Sequence record: NC_070870.1
Length of the DNA stretch: 64,000 bases
Origin: Escherichia phage phi G17
Direction: 5' to 3' (one strand)
Position numbers and translations under genes: made by a program. The notes under the pieces were generated by a model. That model saw nothing but the letters and a program-made list of their open reading frames with translations, had not been told where the DNA came from and did no database searches. Each line of letters begins with the position of its first letter. Within the stretch, counting starts at the first letter, position 1. Below are positions 48,759-58,363 of this stretch, one piece after another.

Positions 48759-49933
48759 TATTTCATTCCTTTAGGGATATGAACTACCTCCCCAAAAGGT
48801 ACGGTAGCACTAGGGTTATTCAGAACACACCAGATGATTGGAATATCAAACGGGAGTTCTTCCATTGGGCGAACGTACATATCAGAGAATATGATTGCAG
48901 CGGTTGGCTTATTCTTAATAATCCATTCGCGTACTGGTTCAAGGTTTGTACCACCACGACCAGTAATCTTAATCTCTTCAAAAGTATCTTCTTCAGTGAT
49001 GTCTATTTCTTCTTGGATAATATCGTCGAAGGTAATAAGGGACATCTTCTTAGGATTGAACTGGCTCTTAACGTAGGCAACCTCTGAGTTAAAACGCAGA
49101 GAGTCAGCACTACTGATAGAACCAGATACATCCTCAAAGTATGCTAAATGTCGTAAACGTCCTTCATCATCTTCCAGGGATGGTAGATAGATGTCAGTGA
49201 AACGACGGTTAGGTCTGGCCCACGTATAGCGTGAGTCATCAATGTCAGTGAAGAAGTCCATAAGGACTTCCTGCCAAGGAACCACTGGTTTAAGGAATTG
49301 GGTAATAACCTCTTCCATATGACCAGCACCTTTACCTGGCATCACTCCACCAGCCATCTTCTGGCTTTGCATTGCACGTACTACGTTGTTGACAACAGCA
49401 CCCTGGGACTGCCCCGAAGAGGGAGCTTTCATGTCGCCAGCAAGACCTGCTCCGGCACCCCCTGACGGCTGCTGCCTTTTCTGTGGGTTCTTCATCAGGT
49501 CATCGTAGATGTCTTCTTCGACCCATCCTTTATATTGAGGGTCTTTGCAAATACCTTCGTCGATACCAGTGAACTTGTAACCATCTTCCTCTAACTGAAG
49601 GTTAATGAAGTGGTCACATGCCTGGTTCCAGACTTCTGGGTCACGGCTTCCACAACGGATGCCATGCAGATATGCCACATGCCAGAGTTCGTGCATTAGC
49701 ACTGTTTCTCTTGCATCAGGACACATCCAGATAAAGAAGTCTGGGTTGAATCGTAGTTCTATCCCATCGGTACATGCAGTAGGACAATCCTCACGATTCC
49801 ATGAGAACTTAAGACTACACAGCAATGAACCAAAGAAAGCAGCACTCCTGCCCAAAAATGCCTGTGCTTGAATACGGTCATACTCACGCATGAGTTGTTC
49901 ATCACTAAGTGTGTGCTGAGGTATCTGGTTCAT
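48758..49933 (-). CDS. VWA-domain protein with N-terminal HExxH metallopeptidase-like domain (MoxR partner)
   Basis: 391 aa; HELWHVAYLH zinc-binding-like motif; C-terminal region consistent with VWA; directly downstream of MoxR-like ATPase. Confidence 0.55.
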   Translation of the reverse strand: MNQIPQHTLSDEQLMREYDRIQAQAFLGRSAAFFGSLLCSLKFSWNREDCPTACTDGIELRFNPDFFIWMCPDARETVLMHELWHVAYLHGIRCGSRDPEVWNQACDHFINLQLEEDGYKFTGIDEGICKDPQYKGWVEEDIYDDLMKNPQKRQQPSGGAGAGLAGDMKAPSSGQSQGAVVNNVVRAMQSQKMAGGVMPGKGAGHMEEVITQFLKPVVPWQEVLMDFFTDIDDSRYTWARPNRRFTDIYLPSLEDDEGRLRHLAYFEDVSGSISSADSLRFNSEVAYVKSQFNPKKMSLITFDDIIQEEIDITEEDTFEEIKITGRGGTNLEPVREWIIKNKPTAAIIFSDMYVRPMEELPFDIPIIWCVLNNPSATVPFGEVVHIPKGMK

Positions 49934-49940
49934 GATGTAA

Positions 49941-50993
49941 TTATCCGTGAATGTAGCGGGAGATATTGGCAGCAGCCTTACGCCATTCAGGGGTAGCCTG
50001 AATTTCTGGTAATGCTTTGCCTACTGTACGGAAGTACAGAATCTTATGGGTGAACGTTTTAAAGCGTTCAATGTACTGAAGAACATCAGCGAAGTTATCT
50101 TCAGTGGTCTTGTTAGCCAGATGGTTAACGGTAGCCCAACACAGGTTATTATCTTCCGGCAGTGCACAGCCCATGGGGTCTTTGACTACCTTCTCAATCG
50201 TAATCATACGATTGTATACCTGAGTGAACTGTACAAACTCCACAGCTTTACCCGGTGTAACAAATCCACTGTAGTAAAGGGAATCTTCATCAGGCAGTGC
50301 CCCTTCGGGGCAGTTATGTAAGTCCTTGTTAATGAAGTCCCATGTTCTCGGACACGCGAATGTTTTGTTCTTATGTGCTGGGTCGAAGTCATGCAGGTAG
50401 CCTGGGTTAGCATGTAAGAATGCAACCAGACGTTCATCCCACTCATATGGAATCATTACGTCTTCAACAAAGATGTCGAAGTTAAGTTCCATTTCGAAGT
50501 GTACAACACGAGACTGCATTGCAGTACCCAGTGGGTTAACGATGGCACGGTCAGTAGCTTTGTTACCGGCACAGACAATCATCACATTGGGGTGAAGTTT
50601 CTTCTGACCGGTCATACGGTCAAGAATCAGCTTGTATGCAGCAGCTACTACTTCTTTCTTAGCTGAGTTGAACTCATCCAGGAACAGGAGCCAGCCATTA
50701 TAACCTTCAGGGATTTCATCCCCTTCAATAGGGAACAGGTCAGCGAATGGAATAAATTCTGCACGGTCACCATTACGGAATGGTAGACCGGACAAGTCTT
50801 CAGGAGCAGAAGTAGACAGACGATGGTCAATCAGCTTCATGCCAAATTCCTCTGCAACAGAACGAATGATCGCAGACTTACCCATGCCTGGTGATGAAGT
50901 CAGAAACGGAACGTTACCTGCTTGCAAGGCACGGATGATAAAGTTACGGGCTTGACGTGTATTACATACGGTCAAGGAGTCAATGCTCGCCAT
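49941..50993 (-). CDS. MoxR-like AAA+ ATPase
   Basis: Walker A SSPGMGKS, Walker B LLFLDEFN, about 350 aa. Confidence 0.7.
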   Translation of the reverse strand: MASIDSLTVCNTRQARNFIIRALQAGNVPFLTSSPGMGKSAIIRSVAEEFGMKLIDHRLSTSAPEDLSGLPFRNGDRAEFIPFADLFPIEGDEIPEGYNGWLLFLDEFNSAKKEVVAAAYKLILDRMTGQKKLHPNVMIVCAGNKATDRAIVNPLGTAMQSRVVHFEMELNFDIFVEDVMIPYEWDERLVAFLHANPGYLHDFDPAHKNKTFACPRTWDFINKDLHNCPEGALPDEDSLYYSGFVTPGKAVEFVQFTQVYNRMITIEKVVKDPMGCALPEDNNLCWATVNHLANKTTEDNFADVLQYIERFKTFTHKILYFRTVGKALPEIQATPEWRKAAANISRYIHG

Positions 50994-51027
50994 TTACTTA
51001 CTCTCCTAAAGTTAATGGAATTGCTAA

Positions 51028-51357
51028 TTAAGATTTAACGCAAGGGTATGCTTTGTGGATTGCCACATTAATCATGTCAGCAGGATGGTTCAGTTTTTGG
51101 ATAGTTGCATCCAACAGAATCTCATCTGCTACTTTGTGAAGTACATGCTTAAGCTGGATACCTTCTGGTACGCAGTTATCGGTAATATCCACAGCCATGG
51201 ATACCATACCCATGTAATAACCTTGGCTCGTATAATCAGGTGTATCGTACTTGTAGGCTTTGGCAGCAGCTTCCAGCAAGGTTGCACGACTAGATGCTTG
51301 AGCACCGAATGAAAGAGCTGATAGAACCACTACAGCAACAGCAATTAAAGTTTTCAT
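51028..51357 (-). CDS. secreted/periplasmic small protein (signal peptide)
   Basis: N-terminal MKTLIAVAVVVLSALSFGAQA signal-peptide-like sequence; 109 aa with two Cys. Confidence 0.45.
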   Translation of the reverse strand: MKTLIAVAVVVLSALSFGAQASSRATLLEAAAKAYKYDTPDYTSQGYYMGMVSMAVDITDNCVPEGIQLKHVLHKVADEILLDATIQKLNHPADMINVAIHKAYPCVKS

Positions 51358-51543
51358 TTAGTTACCTTTTAACTCGTTGAGTTGAAGTACTCCGGTAGGG
51401 GTTAATGACCACCCAAGACCGGCATTGAACTGTACTAAGCCCAGCTTCTTAAGAGACTGTGCGGTTTTGTTATTACGGTTGCTGGTGGCAGAACCACCTT
51501 GAACCATGCGAATGAAGATTACTTGGGACTGGGTAAGTTTCAT
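51358..51543 (-). CDS. hypothetical small protein
   Basis: 61 aa ORF. Confidence 0.3.
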   Translation of the reverse strand: MKLTQSQVIFIRMVQGGSATSNRNNKTAQSLKKLGLVQFNAGLGWSLTPTGVLQLNELKGN

Positions 51544-51728
51544 TTTTTCTCCGGTACGAACTGCATTACGCAGTTTTGATTACGAGGGATACTCAATTCA
51601 CATTCATGCTTGAGGGTTTGCGTTACAGAATTTGGTGTAGGACCAAAGTAGTTATTATTAATAGCTACAATTCCTGCACCAATGAACCCACCTAGTACGA
51701 ATGAGAAGAATGCAATCTCTTTGTACAT
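51540..51728 (-). CDS. small membrane protein
   Basis: 62 aa; FFSFVLGGFIGAGIVAI hydrophobic helix. Confidence 0.35.
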   Translation of the reverse strand: MYKEIAFFSFVLGGFIGAGIVAINNNYFGPTPNSVTQTLKHECELSIPRNQNCVMQFVPEKK

Positions 51729-51753
51729 TTCCTGGCTCCAGTTTGTTTAAGTC

Positions 51754-51782
51754 AAAAAAAGACCTCCTATTTCTAGGAGGTC
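51754..51782 (-). terminator. rho-independent terminator (minus orientation)
   Basis: GACCTCCTA-TTTC-TAGGAGGTC perfect 9-bp stem; A7 on plus strand. Confidence 0.65.
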
Positions 51783-51831
51783 AAACTTGAGGGTTTCGTG
51801 TCAGGGTTTATAACCCCAAATAAGAACTCAA

Positions 51832-52428
51832 TTACAGAGCAGAGTAGGCTAATTGTAGCGTAGTAGATACACCATCTTTGGTAATAGTCAGTTCTGCATC
51901 ATAAACCCCAGGGCTTGGCTCAGTGCCCCACTTATAACTGATTACCCCGTAACCTAAGGTTGGTTCCAGTTTAATATCATAGGAAGCTGCTGCTTCCCCT
52001 TCCACAGCAAGGGTGATGGTTCCAGTTGAACCAGTAGGCTTAGGTACTACACGGAGGTAGCGTACACCTTCATATACATCCAAAGTCTCCCCGTCTTGGT
52101 ACAGGCGGGAAATTTCCTCTGTTTCCGGGTCATAGCGATAAACATCAAACCCAACTGGTACAGGGTCTGAGCCGGGAACTACTTCATAGATATCCCAGTC
52201 GTTAAGGTTGGTCAGGTTGTCCGGGAAGAATGCAGTCTGAGCTACATTTCCACCGTTACGGAAGTAAGCAATCTTACGGATACCGTGCCAGATAACATAA
52301 CTATCCGGGTAGGTAGCATCAGGGTGTTCAAATGAACCGATAGCTACAAAACCATCCTCCATAGAGGGAGAGGTTGAGTAGTTAATTTTCTTGGTAGATT
52401 GTTGAGCAGATACATATACAGTTGGCAT
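51832..52428 (-). CDS. beta-rich protein, possible capsid decoration protein
   Basis: 198 aa, Gly/Thr/Val-rich; N4 is recalled to encode its decoration protein (gp17) just after RNAP II genes; tentative. Confidence 0.3.
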   Translation of the reverse strand: MPTVYVSAQQSTKKINYSTSPSMEDGFVAIGSFEHPDATYPDSYVIWHGIRKIAYFRNGGNVAQTAFFPDNLTNLNDWDIYEVVPGSDPVPVGFDVYRYDPETEEISRLYQDGETLDVYEGVRYLRVVPKPTGSTGTITLAVEGEAAASYDIKLEPTLGYGVISYKWGTEPSPGVYDAELTITKDGVSTTLQLAYSAL

Positions 52429-52429
52429 C

Positions 52430-53671
52430 TTAGATTTCCTCTTTGTATGACATGCCTAAGTTGGCAGCGAAGCCCATATTATTGAACTGAAGGTTAATGT
52501 TACCACCAACTGGTTGCATATCCACAACGTCGGGTGATGCCAGCATTACTGTAGTTAGGGAGAGGCTATCAGCCAGTATCTGTACATTTGACAGAGTACA
52601 ATTCTCATTTGATGAGATTCTGATTGAGTGGTAATACGCACCACTCGCAGAAGATTCAATCATTACTTCTTGGTCTGTTATTGGTCCCATCAGGATATGT
52701 GTACGAGATGCCCCATTAGGACTCATAAACTTAATAACCATAGAACCTGCTTGAGAAAGGGTAGTTGTGAACCGGATGGCATTGTACTTACTAGAATCAG
52801 TTGCTCCACCCGGATAGGTTAATTCCAGGTATTCATTAGCATCATCATTACCACCGGTATACGTAGCAGTACCTGCTGAGTAAGTCCAGGTAGCTTTAGA
52901 AGCAGAAGCTGTAGGAGTAGCTGGAGTACCTCCCATAATGCGTTTATAAGCTAGCAGGTCTACTGGAGTACCACTGGTTCCAACGTAGTCCTTAAAGCCT
53001 CTGTAACCTATCAGGAAGCGTAAATACTTCTGCTCAGGTAATTGCTCAAACTTCAGGGAAAACACACTGGAGTTCTCTGTATTGGATACAAACTCTGCAT
53101 CCACAACAGGATGTTCTTTATCAATGATACGACCAATCAGTGGTGTAATTGGTTCATCTGCTTCCACTATAAGGTCTGCCTCTTCCAGAGTGAGGTTGGA
53201 ACCAATGAAGATAGCTGCCCAGCATACCCAGTCATTAGCCTGAGTATAGTAAGCCAACTGGAGAGGCTCACCTCCATGCGTTGCACGTAATCCTTGTAAA
53301 CCTTGGCTCATTTCTTTACGACCTGTAACCATAAGGATGCAGTTCGGATAGGCCATAGTGTAAGGCACAGTGTATGAGGTCAGTCTGCTCTCGCTGGTAT
53401 TGAAATCCATTGGACCTGGTTCCAGTGGCTCAGGGCCAGATTGAATCATACGGATAGGATAGTTCATTGCATCATCTTGCCCATCTCTGTACAGGAGGTC
53501 TTGAACGTGATGGAACATGACATGGTTAAGCGGATTGCCTAAAATATCTTGTCCTTCTTCATGATGGTATTCCCCAATAGGTACATACCCATCAAGACCG
53601 GCATTCACCTCATAGGGAACTACGGCTATAGCTTTAGGCTTATCTGATTTAAACACTTTACGGTTTGGCAT
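52430..53671 (-). CDS. hypothetical beta-rich protein
   Basis: 413 aa ORF abutting the next gene. Confidence 0.4.
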   Translation of the reverse strand: MPNRKVFKSDKPKAIAVVPYEVNAGLDGYVPIGEYHHEEGQDILGNPLNHVMFHHVQDLLYRDGQDDAMNYPIRMIQSGPEPLEPGPMDFNTSESRLTSYTVPYTMAYPNCILMVTGRKEMSQGLQGLRATHGGEPLQLAYYTQANDWVCWAAIFIGSNLTLEEADLIVEADEPITPLIGRIIDKEHPVVDAEFVSNTENSSVFSLKFEQLPEQKYLRFLIGYRGFKDYVGTSGTPVDLLAYKRIMGGTPATPTASASKATWTYSAGTATYTGGNDDANEYLELTYPGGATDSSKYNAIRFTTTLSQAGSMVIKFMSPNGASRTHILMGPITDQEVMIESSASGAYYHSIRISSNENCTLSNVQILADSLSLTTVMLASPDVVDMQPVGGNINLQFNNMGFAANLGMSYKEEI

Positions 53672-53723
53672 ACTTCGTACCCTCTTTTAGTTGTATATGC
53701 ACGAGAGAGTATACAGTGGAAAT

Positions 53724-53755
53724 AAAAAAGCCCCACACTGTTTAGGTGTGAGGCT
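53724..53755 (-). terminator. rho-independent terminator (minus orientation)
   Basis: AGCCCCACAC / GTGTGAGGCT stem (one mismatch); plus-strand A-run. Confidence 0.5.
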
Positions 53756-53759
53756 AGTT

Positions 53760-53978
53760 TCAGCTGTTGATGCAGTATATCCAGTAACCTATCCATCCTG
53801 CTAATACAAAACAAGCAGCAGAGTAAGCACCATAGTATTGCAATGGTTCCTTCTCTTCGTGTGCTTTAACGATTGTTATCAATACAATGCCTGATAAAAC
53901 TATCAGGATTACCTTAGTAATTACTTCATAAGTAAATGGCATGTTGACTACCTCCAAGCAAAAAATAAAAGGCCCCAC
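53760..53978 (-). CDS. small membrane protein
   Basis: 72 aa; two hydrophobic helices. Confidence 0.4.
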   Translation of the reverse strand: MGPFIFCLEVVNMPFTYEVITKVILIVLSGIVLITIVKAHEEKEPLQYYGAYSAACFVLAGWIGYWIYCINS

Positions 53979-54129
53979 TCCCGAAGGAATGAGGCCAGTT
54001 TATTAACACACTTTCACAGTCCAGCCTTTGTAAGCATCTATAAAGGCAATCCAGTCATCTTCTGCCCATAGTCTAGAACAAACTCCTGGGGCTTTAAATC
54101 TATATAAACCTTGTCTATAAGCTTCTTTT

Positions 54130-55347
54130 TTAGCTAAGGGCATAATCGGTCTCCAGAATGTCTTGCCAGAGGCTGTCATCCAGCTTACCAGCAGAGAACT
54201 CTTGTCCCAGTACCTGAGACAGAATGAAGCCTAGCAAGTCACTCTTAGCAATGTCAGACAGAATCTGATTGTACTGACGACGCAAGTCATTGCCATAGTT
54301 AGGATGGCAACGGAAGCAGTCATGTACGGTCATTACAGGGAATGATTTCTTAGGCATGGTATTGAGCATAGCCATGATTACATCCGTATCAACCAATGCA
54401 ATTGTTTCTGAATCCAGGTAGTCAAAGATACGAGTAGACAGGAAGCCTGACTTCTCATAGCTAGCCCACAGTGTGTTAACCATTTCATAGTTATCATCAG
54501 AACCAACCATGTAATCACTAGTTCCTTCACAGAGTGACTTAACATAGCTCACCTGGTTCATGTCGAAGTTACAACGACGCAGCATCTCACGTACCACCAT
54601 CCCATCAATAGAGTGGGTGATGTTAGCAGAGAGCATACGAGTCTTCTCTTCAGTACCCTGAACCATACGAGTGATGTCGAATGGTTTACCTAAGAAGTTA
54701 ACAGTCTGTACTTCAGGAACCATGACCTTAATGACAGCATGATAGTTGTCAGGCAGTACCCATACGTATCGGTTAGCATCCGGGTTACCACATTGCAGTA
54801 AGAACTTGTTCAATGCCCAAGGCCCACTAGCAACAGTTTCCATTACATTCTCAAAAGTCTTGAGACGGATACCTTCTCCGAATACTTCTTTAGGCTTAGC
54901 TTCTGAGCCATAGAACGCAGTCATAACTGCCTGCTTAGTGTCACTACGTTTGATGCGAGATGCTTCGCCAAGGATATCCAGCATCTTGTGGTAGATAACT
55001 GTATAAGCATCACGGCGTAATGGCTTACCATTTTCTCCCATGTAGTTAACTACGTTACACAGTTCGGCAGCAGAACGATCACCAGTCAGACAGGCTAATA
55101 ACTGTAAGCCAGATGATGTAGCATCCAGAGCTACGGTATAGCCAATAGGCTTACCTGCTTTCATATCTTTCCATGCGTTTACACCTGCATAGAACAGTGC
55201 AGATTCTTCAGCCTCATCTACCAGATTAAGCAGATTAGCTTCATTCTCATCGAACCAGCTAATACGTTCATCCCATGTCTTCTTATCTAAGCCATAGTTG
55301 TTAGCAATATCTACTTTCAGGTATTCACGGGCAGTTAACAGTTGCAT
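54130..55347 (-). CDS. T7-like single-subunit RNA polymerase, catalytic subunit (N4 RNAP II gp16-like)
   Basis: ALDATSSGLQ (motif A, cf. T7 FDGSCSGIQH), RSDTKQAVMTAFYGS (motif B), MTVHDCF (motif C); 405 aa. Confidence 0.8.
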   Translation of the reverse strand: MQLLTAREYLKVDIANNYGLDKKTWDERISWFDENEANLLNLVDEAEESALFYAGVNAWKDMKAGKPIGYTVALDATSSGLQLLACLTGDRSAAELCNVVNYMGENGKPLRRDAYTVIYHKMLDILGEASRIKRSDTKQAVMTAFYGSEAKPKEVFGEGIRLKTFENVMETVASGPWALNKFLLQCGNPDANRYVWVLPDNYHAVIKVMVPEVQTVNFLGKPFDITRMVQGTEEKTRMLSANITHSIDGMVVREMLRRCNFDMNQVSYVKSLCEGTSDYMVGSDDNYEMVNTLWASYEKSGFLSTRIFDYLDSETIALVDTDVIMAMLNTMPKKSFPVMTVHDCFRCHPNYGNDLRRQYNQILSDIAKSDLLGFILSQVLGQEFSAGKLDDSLWQDILETDYALS

Positions 55348-55402
55348 TTTATGTTCCTTAGCGTCTTGAGCCTATTGGCTCGCATAGTGGATTAATAAGT
55401 GG

Positions 55403-56221
55403 TTAGTCTTCGTTTACTAATTCTTTATCAGCGAACTCCAGTACAGCTTTGTTGTAACTGGTTCCTTGATAGTTGATGTGATAGCCCTGAGCGTAAGTAC
55501 GCCCACGTTTATCGAATTTGTGACCTAGTGAGAAGTTATTACCCTCTTGGGTCACTAACTCCATTACTTCCTTAGCAGTACGGCTGTACTTCTCAAAGGC
55601 TTTGACACGTTTCTCATAGTCCTGACGGGTTTCACCCTCTTTAGGTTTATCCATGTTAGGACGGGAGTCTTTTACATAGTTAGCAACGTCCCAGTTAATA
55701 CAGAGACGTTGGTTGTTCATACGGTTGATGTGGTCAAGACAGACATCCATCTCATGATGGTTCTTCTTGAGGATGATTGAGCCTTTGGACTCATAGTAAC
55801 CAGTATCCCGGTTAGTCAGGACAGGCTTAGGTTTACTTACGATAGGCAATGGATACTGGAATGCCTCCAGTTCCATCTGAACATCTTCACTAATCTCATA
55901 GATAACACCGAACTTGTCGATGGTAGGGTCATAGTTGAAGCAGTCATTCTCTGCCATCTTATACAGACAGTCAGCGATATACTGAGCATCATCTGAGTGA
56001 CTCATGAGAGAGCCAATCATAGTCTGAATGTCAGCACGTTTATGTAGGGCAATCTGCACCATTGCATCAATGAGCAGCTTATAATCAATTTCCAGGTAGG
56101 CAGCGAATGCCTTAAAGTCAATTTCTTTGGATTCCTCGAACTCTTTCCTCATGCGAGGCAAAAGTTGATTCTTATTAAATAGTTTTTCGAGGGTTTTCTG
56201 GTGCTCAATGGATGCGTACAT
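55403..56221 (-). CDS. RNA polymerase II small subunit (N4 gp15-like, N-terminal T7-RNAP-like part)
   Basis: 272 aa ORF immediately upstream of the catalytic subunit; size matches N4 gp15 as recalled. Confidence 0.5.
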   Translation of the reverse strand: MYASIEHQKTLEKLFNKNQLLPRMRKEFEESKEIDFKAFAAYLEIDYKLLIDAMVQIALHKRADIQTMIGSLMSHSDDAQYIADCLYKMAENDCFNYDPTIDKFGVIYEISEDVQMELEAFQYPLPIVSKPKPVLTNRDTGYYESKGSIILKKNHHEMDVCLDHINRMNNQRLCINWDVANYVKDSRPNMDKPKEGETRQDYEKRVKAFEKYSRTAKEVMELVTQEGNNFSLGHKFDKRGRTYAQGYHINYQGTSYNKAVLEFADKELVNED

Positions 56222-56271
56222 AGCTTCTTTCCTTTAATGAGTTAATTACCACAAGGTGCGGAGCACCCTTC

Positions 56272-56619
56272 TTATGACCAGTAGTTGTAATCGTCACCTA
56301 AGTACGGTTTCCATTGTTCAGGGAGCAGTACATTACCGGTGACATTAATGAATTGATGTGGAAGTAGGTCTTCCGAGATTGCTACTTTGAAATCCCATTG
56401 AGGATTCATAGAGGCATAAGCAATAAATCCATTAATGAATTTCTGCACATCCTCTTGGTTCAATAAACCATCACGACCTTGCGTAGGAATAGCAAAGCTA
56501 TTTCCGTATTGACCATAGGCCATACCCCAACGAGCACCATGCTTCTTATAAGCCAGCTTGGCTGAGTCAGATGAGTGCTGGCCCATAAAGTTAGATGTGA
56601 ATACGAATATCTCTTTCAT
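56272..56619 (-). CDS. hypothetical protein
   Basis: 115 aa ORF. Confidence 0.4.
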   Translation of the reverse strand: MKEIFVFTSNFMGQHSSDSAKLAYKKHGARWGMAYGQYGNSFAIPTQGRDGLLNQEDVQKFINGFIAYASMNPQWDFKVAISEDLLPHQFINVTGNVLLPEQWKPYLGDDYNYWS

Positions 56620-56623
56620 GTTA

Positions 56624-56944
56624 TTAACCCTTTGGTTTAAGTACTTGGAATGCGAATACAGGACGTTTACTACGCCATTGGTTCATAGCTAGTTCACTGG
56701 TATGTGAGCCGTCATGTAAGTCGTATATGAATGTAATCATATATTCTGGTTCTTCTGGGAAGTTCTCTGTAGAGAATGGAAGACCAGCTTCCTTTAATAC
56801 AGGAACCAGTGGTGATTCAGCTACGCAGTAGATAATGAACTCTTCACTGAATGCTTTACTACTCTGAGATACGTAATCAATATTACGCATCATCTTATCG
56901 ACATCAGTAAATGTATTATCATGTACTACTACAATGCTATTCAT
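56624..56944 (-). CDS. hypothetical protein
   Basis: 106 aa ORF. Confidence 0.4.
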   Translation of the reverse strand: MNSIVVVHDNTFTDVDKMMRNIDYVSQSSKAFSEEFIIYCVAESPLVPVLKEAGLPFSTENFPEEPEYMITFIYDLHDGSHTSELAMNQWRSKRPVFAFQVLKPKG

Positions 56945-57198
56945 ACTTTCTCCAGTGTACTGTAGATTGAATCTTTAGTGGGTTTATAGTGCGTATTAAG
57001 CCCTATATCTTCTTGCTTACCTTTCTTACTAACCCATATTCCATGGTCAGTTAGTTTAGGTTTATGACTGAATCCAATTAAGGTTGAACTCTTAGTAAAT
57101 GTATTTGGAAGCAAAGCAATGTAATTAACCCATAAAGGGACATCGACAGTGCTTCCCATATATTCAACCATCTTGTGAGTAGGATAGGTAATAATCAC
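56941..57198 (-). CDS. hypothetical protein
   Basis: 85 aa ORF, overlapping start/stop with neighbours. Confidence 0.35.
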   Translation of the reverse strand: MIITYPTHKMVEYMGSTVDVPLWVNYIALLPNTFTKSSTLIGFSHKPKLTDHGIWVSKKGKQEDIGLNTHYKPTKDSIYSTLEKV

Positions 57199-57416
57199 TT
57201 CTGGTATCCTTGTATATAGTTAATACGACGAATACGTTGAGTAGATGCCTTAACAGCCATCTGTTGATTCTCTTCTTTGTGCTGATTTTCCAGCACCTTA
57301 GCCCATTCTTCCTGGTTCCGTTGTTTCTGTAATATACGACTACAACGTTTATGATTGGCAACTCCACGTCCTTTCTTACAGACTGGGCAAATACCATAAT
57401 CGCTTGTGTACATCAT
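57195..57416 (-). CDS. small Cys-containing protein (possible zinc ribbon)
   Basis: 73 aa; CPVC plus downstream Cys, basic. Confidence 0.35.
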   Translation of the reverse strand: MMYTSDYGICPVCKKGRGVANHKRCSRILQKQRNQEEWAKVLENQHKEENQQMAVKASTQRIRRINYIQGYQK

Positions 57417-57721
57417 TGGCTTAAAGCCTCCATTAATATTTTACGAATAACGTTAACATCAGATTCAGTACCAATTAAACCAACAGGTTTCTTAGTACCA
57501 TCAGTGACAAAGGATGCAATCCTTTCCATCTCTGCTGTAATTAATTTGTCACCACTAATAAGACGATTACGAAGGTAAGCTTCATAAGCTACCTCTACAT
57601 CTTCTACCGTGGTTCTTTCATTACGAGTGAATGGATTACTTAATGGGAAGGGTAAATGTACCCGTATATTCCTGTCAGCTACCTTAGCTAGGTGAGGAAG
57701 TATACATACTATTTCATTCAA
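57413..57721 (-). CDS. hypothetical protein
   Basis: 102 aa ORF. Confidence 0.4.
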   Translation of the reverse strand: MNEIVCILPHLAKVADRNIRVHLPFPLSNPFTRNERTTVEDVEVAYEAYLRNRLISGDKLITAEMERIASFVTDGTKKPVGLIGTESDVNVIRKILMEALSQ

Positions 57722-57761
57722 GGTTCTTTCTCCTATTTAAATACATATCTAACTATTCAAA

Positions 57762-57797
57762 AATAAAAAATAGGAGCCTCCTATTGGAGGACTCCTA
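57762..57797 (-). terminator. rho-independent terminator (minus orientation)
   Basis: TAGGAGCCTCC-TATT-GGAGGACTCCTA stem; A-run on plus strand. Confidence 0.55.
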
Positions 57798-57854
57798 GTT
57801 CTACTAATGCACCATAGGTTAACAGTGCACACATAATTAATGTTATAGGCCAAT

Positions 57855-58067
57855 TCATATAAATGGGTATAGGTAGTTGACTACACAATAATATACGAAC
57901 CATAAACCATAGCCTATGCTCAATCCCTTAGTTAATGCAGTAACATAACCAAATATTGCAAAACCTCTGGCATCATTATTAGTAACAAAGGTTTTAGTGA
58001 TATTACCAGCTGCATTAGTGAGCCAAACGTTCAGGTATAGTAATACTATAAAGATTATAAAGTACAT
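57855..58067 (-). CDS. small membrane protein
   Basis: 70 aa, two hydrophobic helices. Confidence 0.35.
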   Translation of the reverse strand: MYFIIFIVLLYLNVWLTNAAGNITKTFVTNNDARGFAIFGYVTALTKGLSIGYGLWFVYYCVVNYLYPFI

Positions 58068-58363
58068 TATTAATTTCCTAAGATTGGATGATTGAAGGTA
58101 ACAATCTTACGTACTGGTTCAGTTGTCTGTTGCTTAGCAGCCAGACGCTCTTTCATCTTTTGTACGTCAGCTTTGGTTCCCATGATTAATGACTTACGCA
58201 TGTTTGGTACTCCACATAAAGTTAAAAGGTTTATTGTTACGTACAATTCTTACAGCCATTTGATGACCATTGATTTGCACAACACCATAGTGTCGTTTCT
58301 GGTCACCAGTGTGATATCTACGATAGATACACTCTTCAATGGCATCCTCAATGTTAGTGAACA

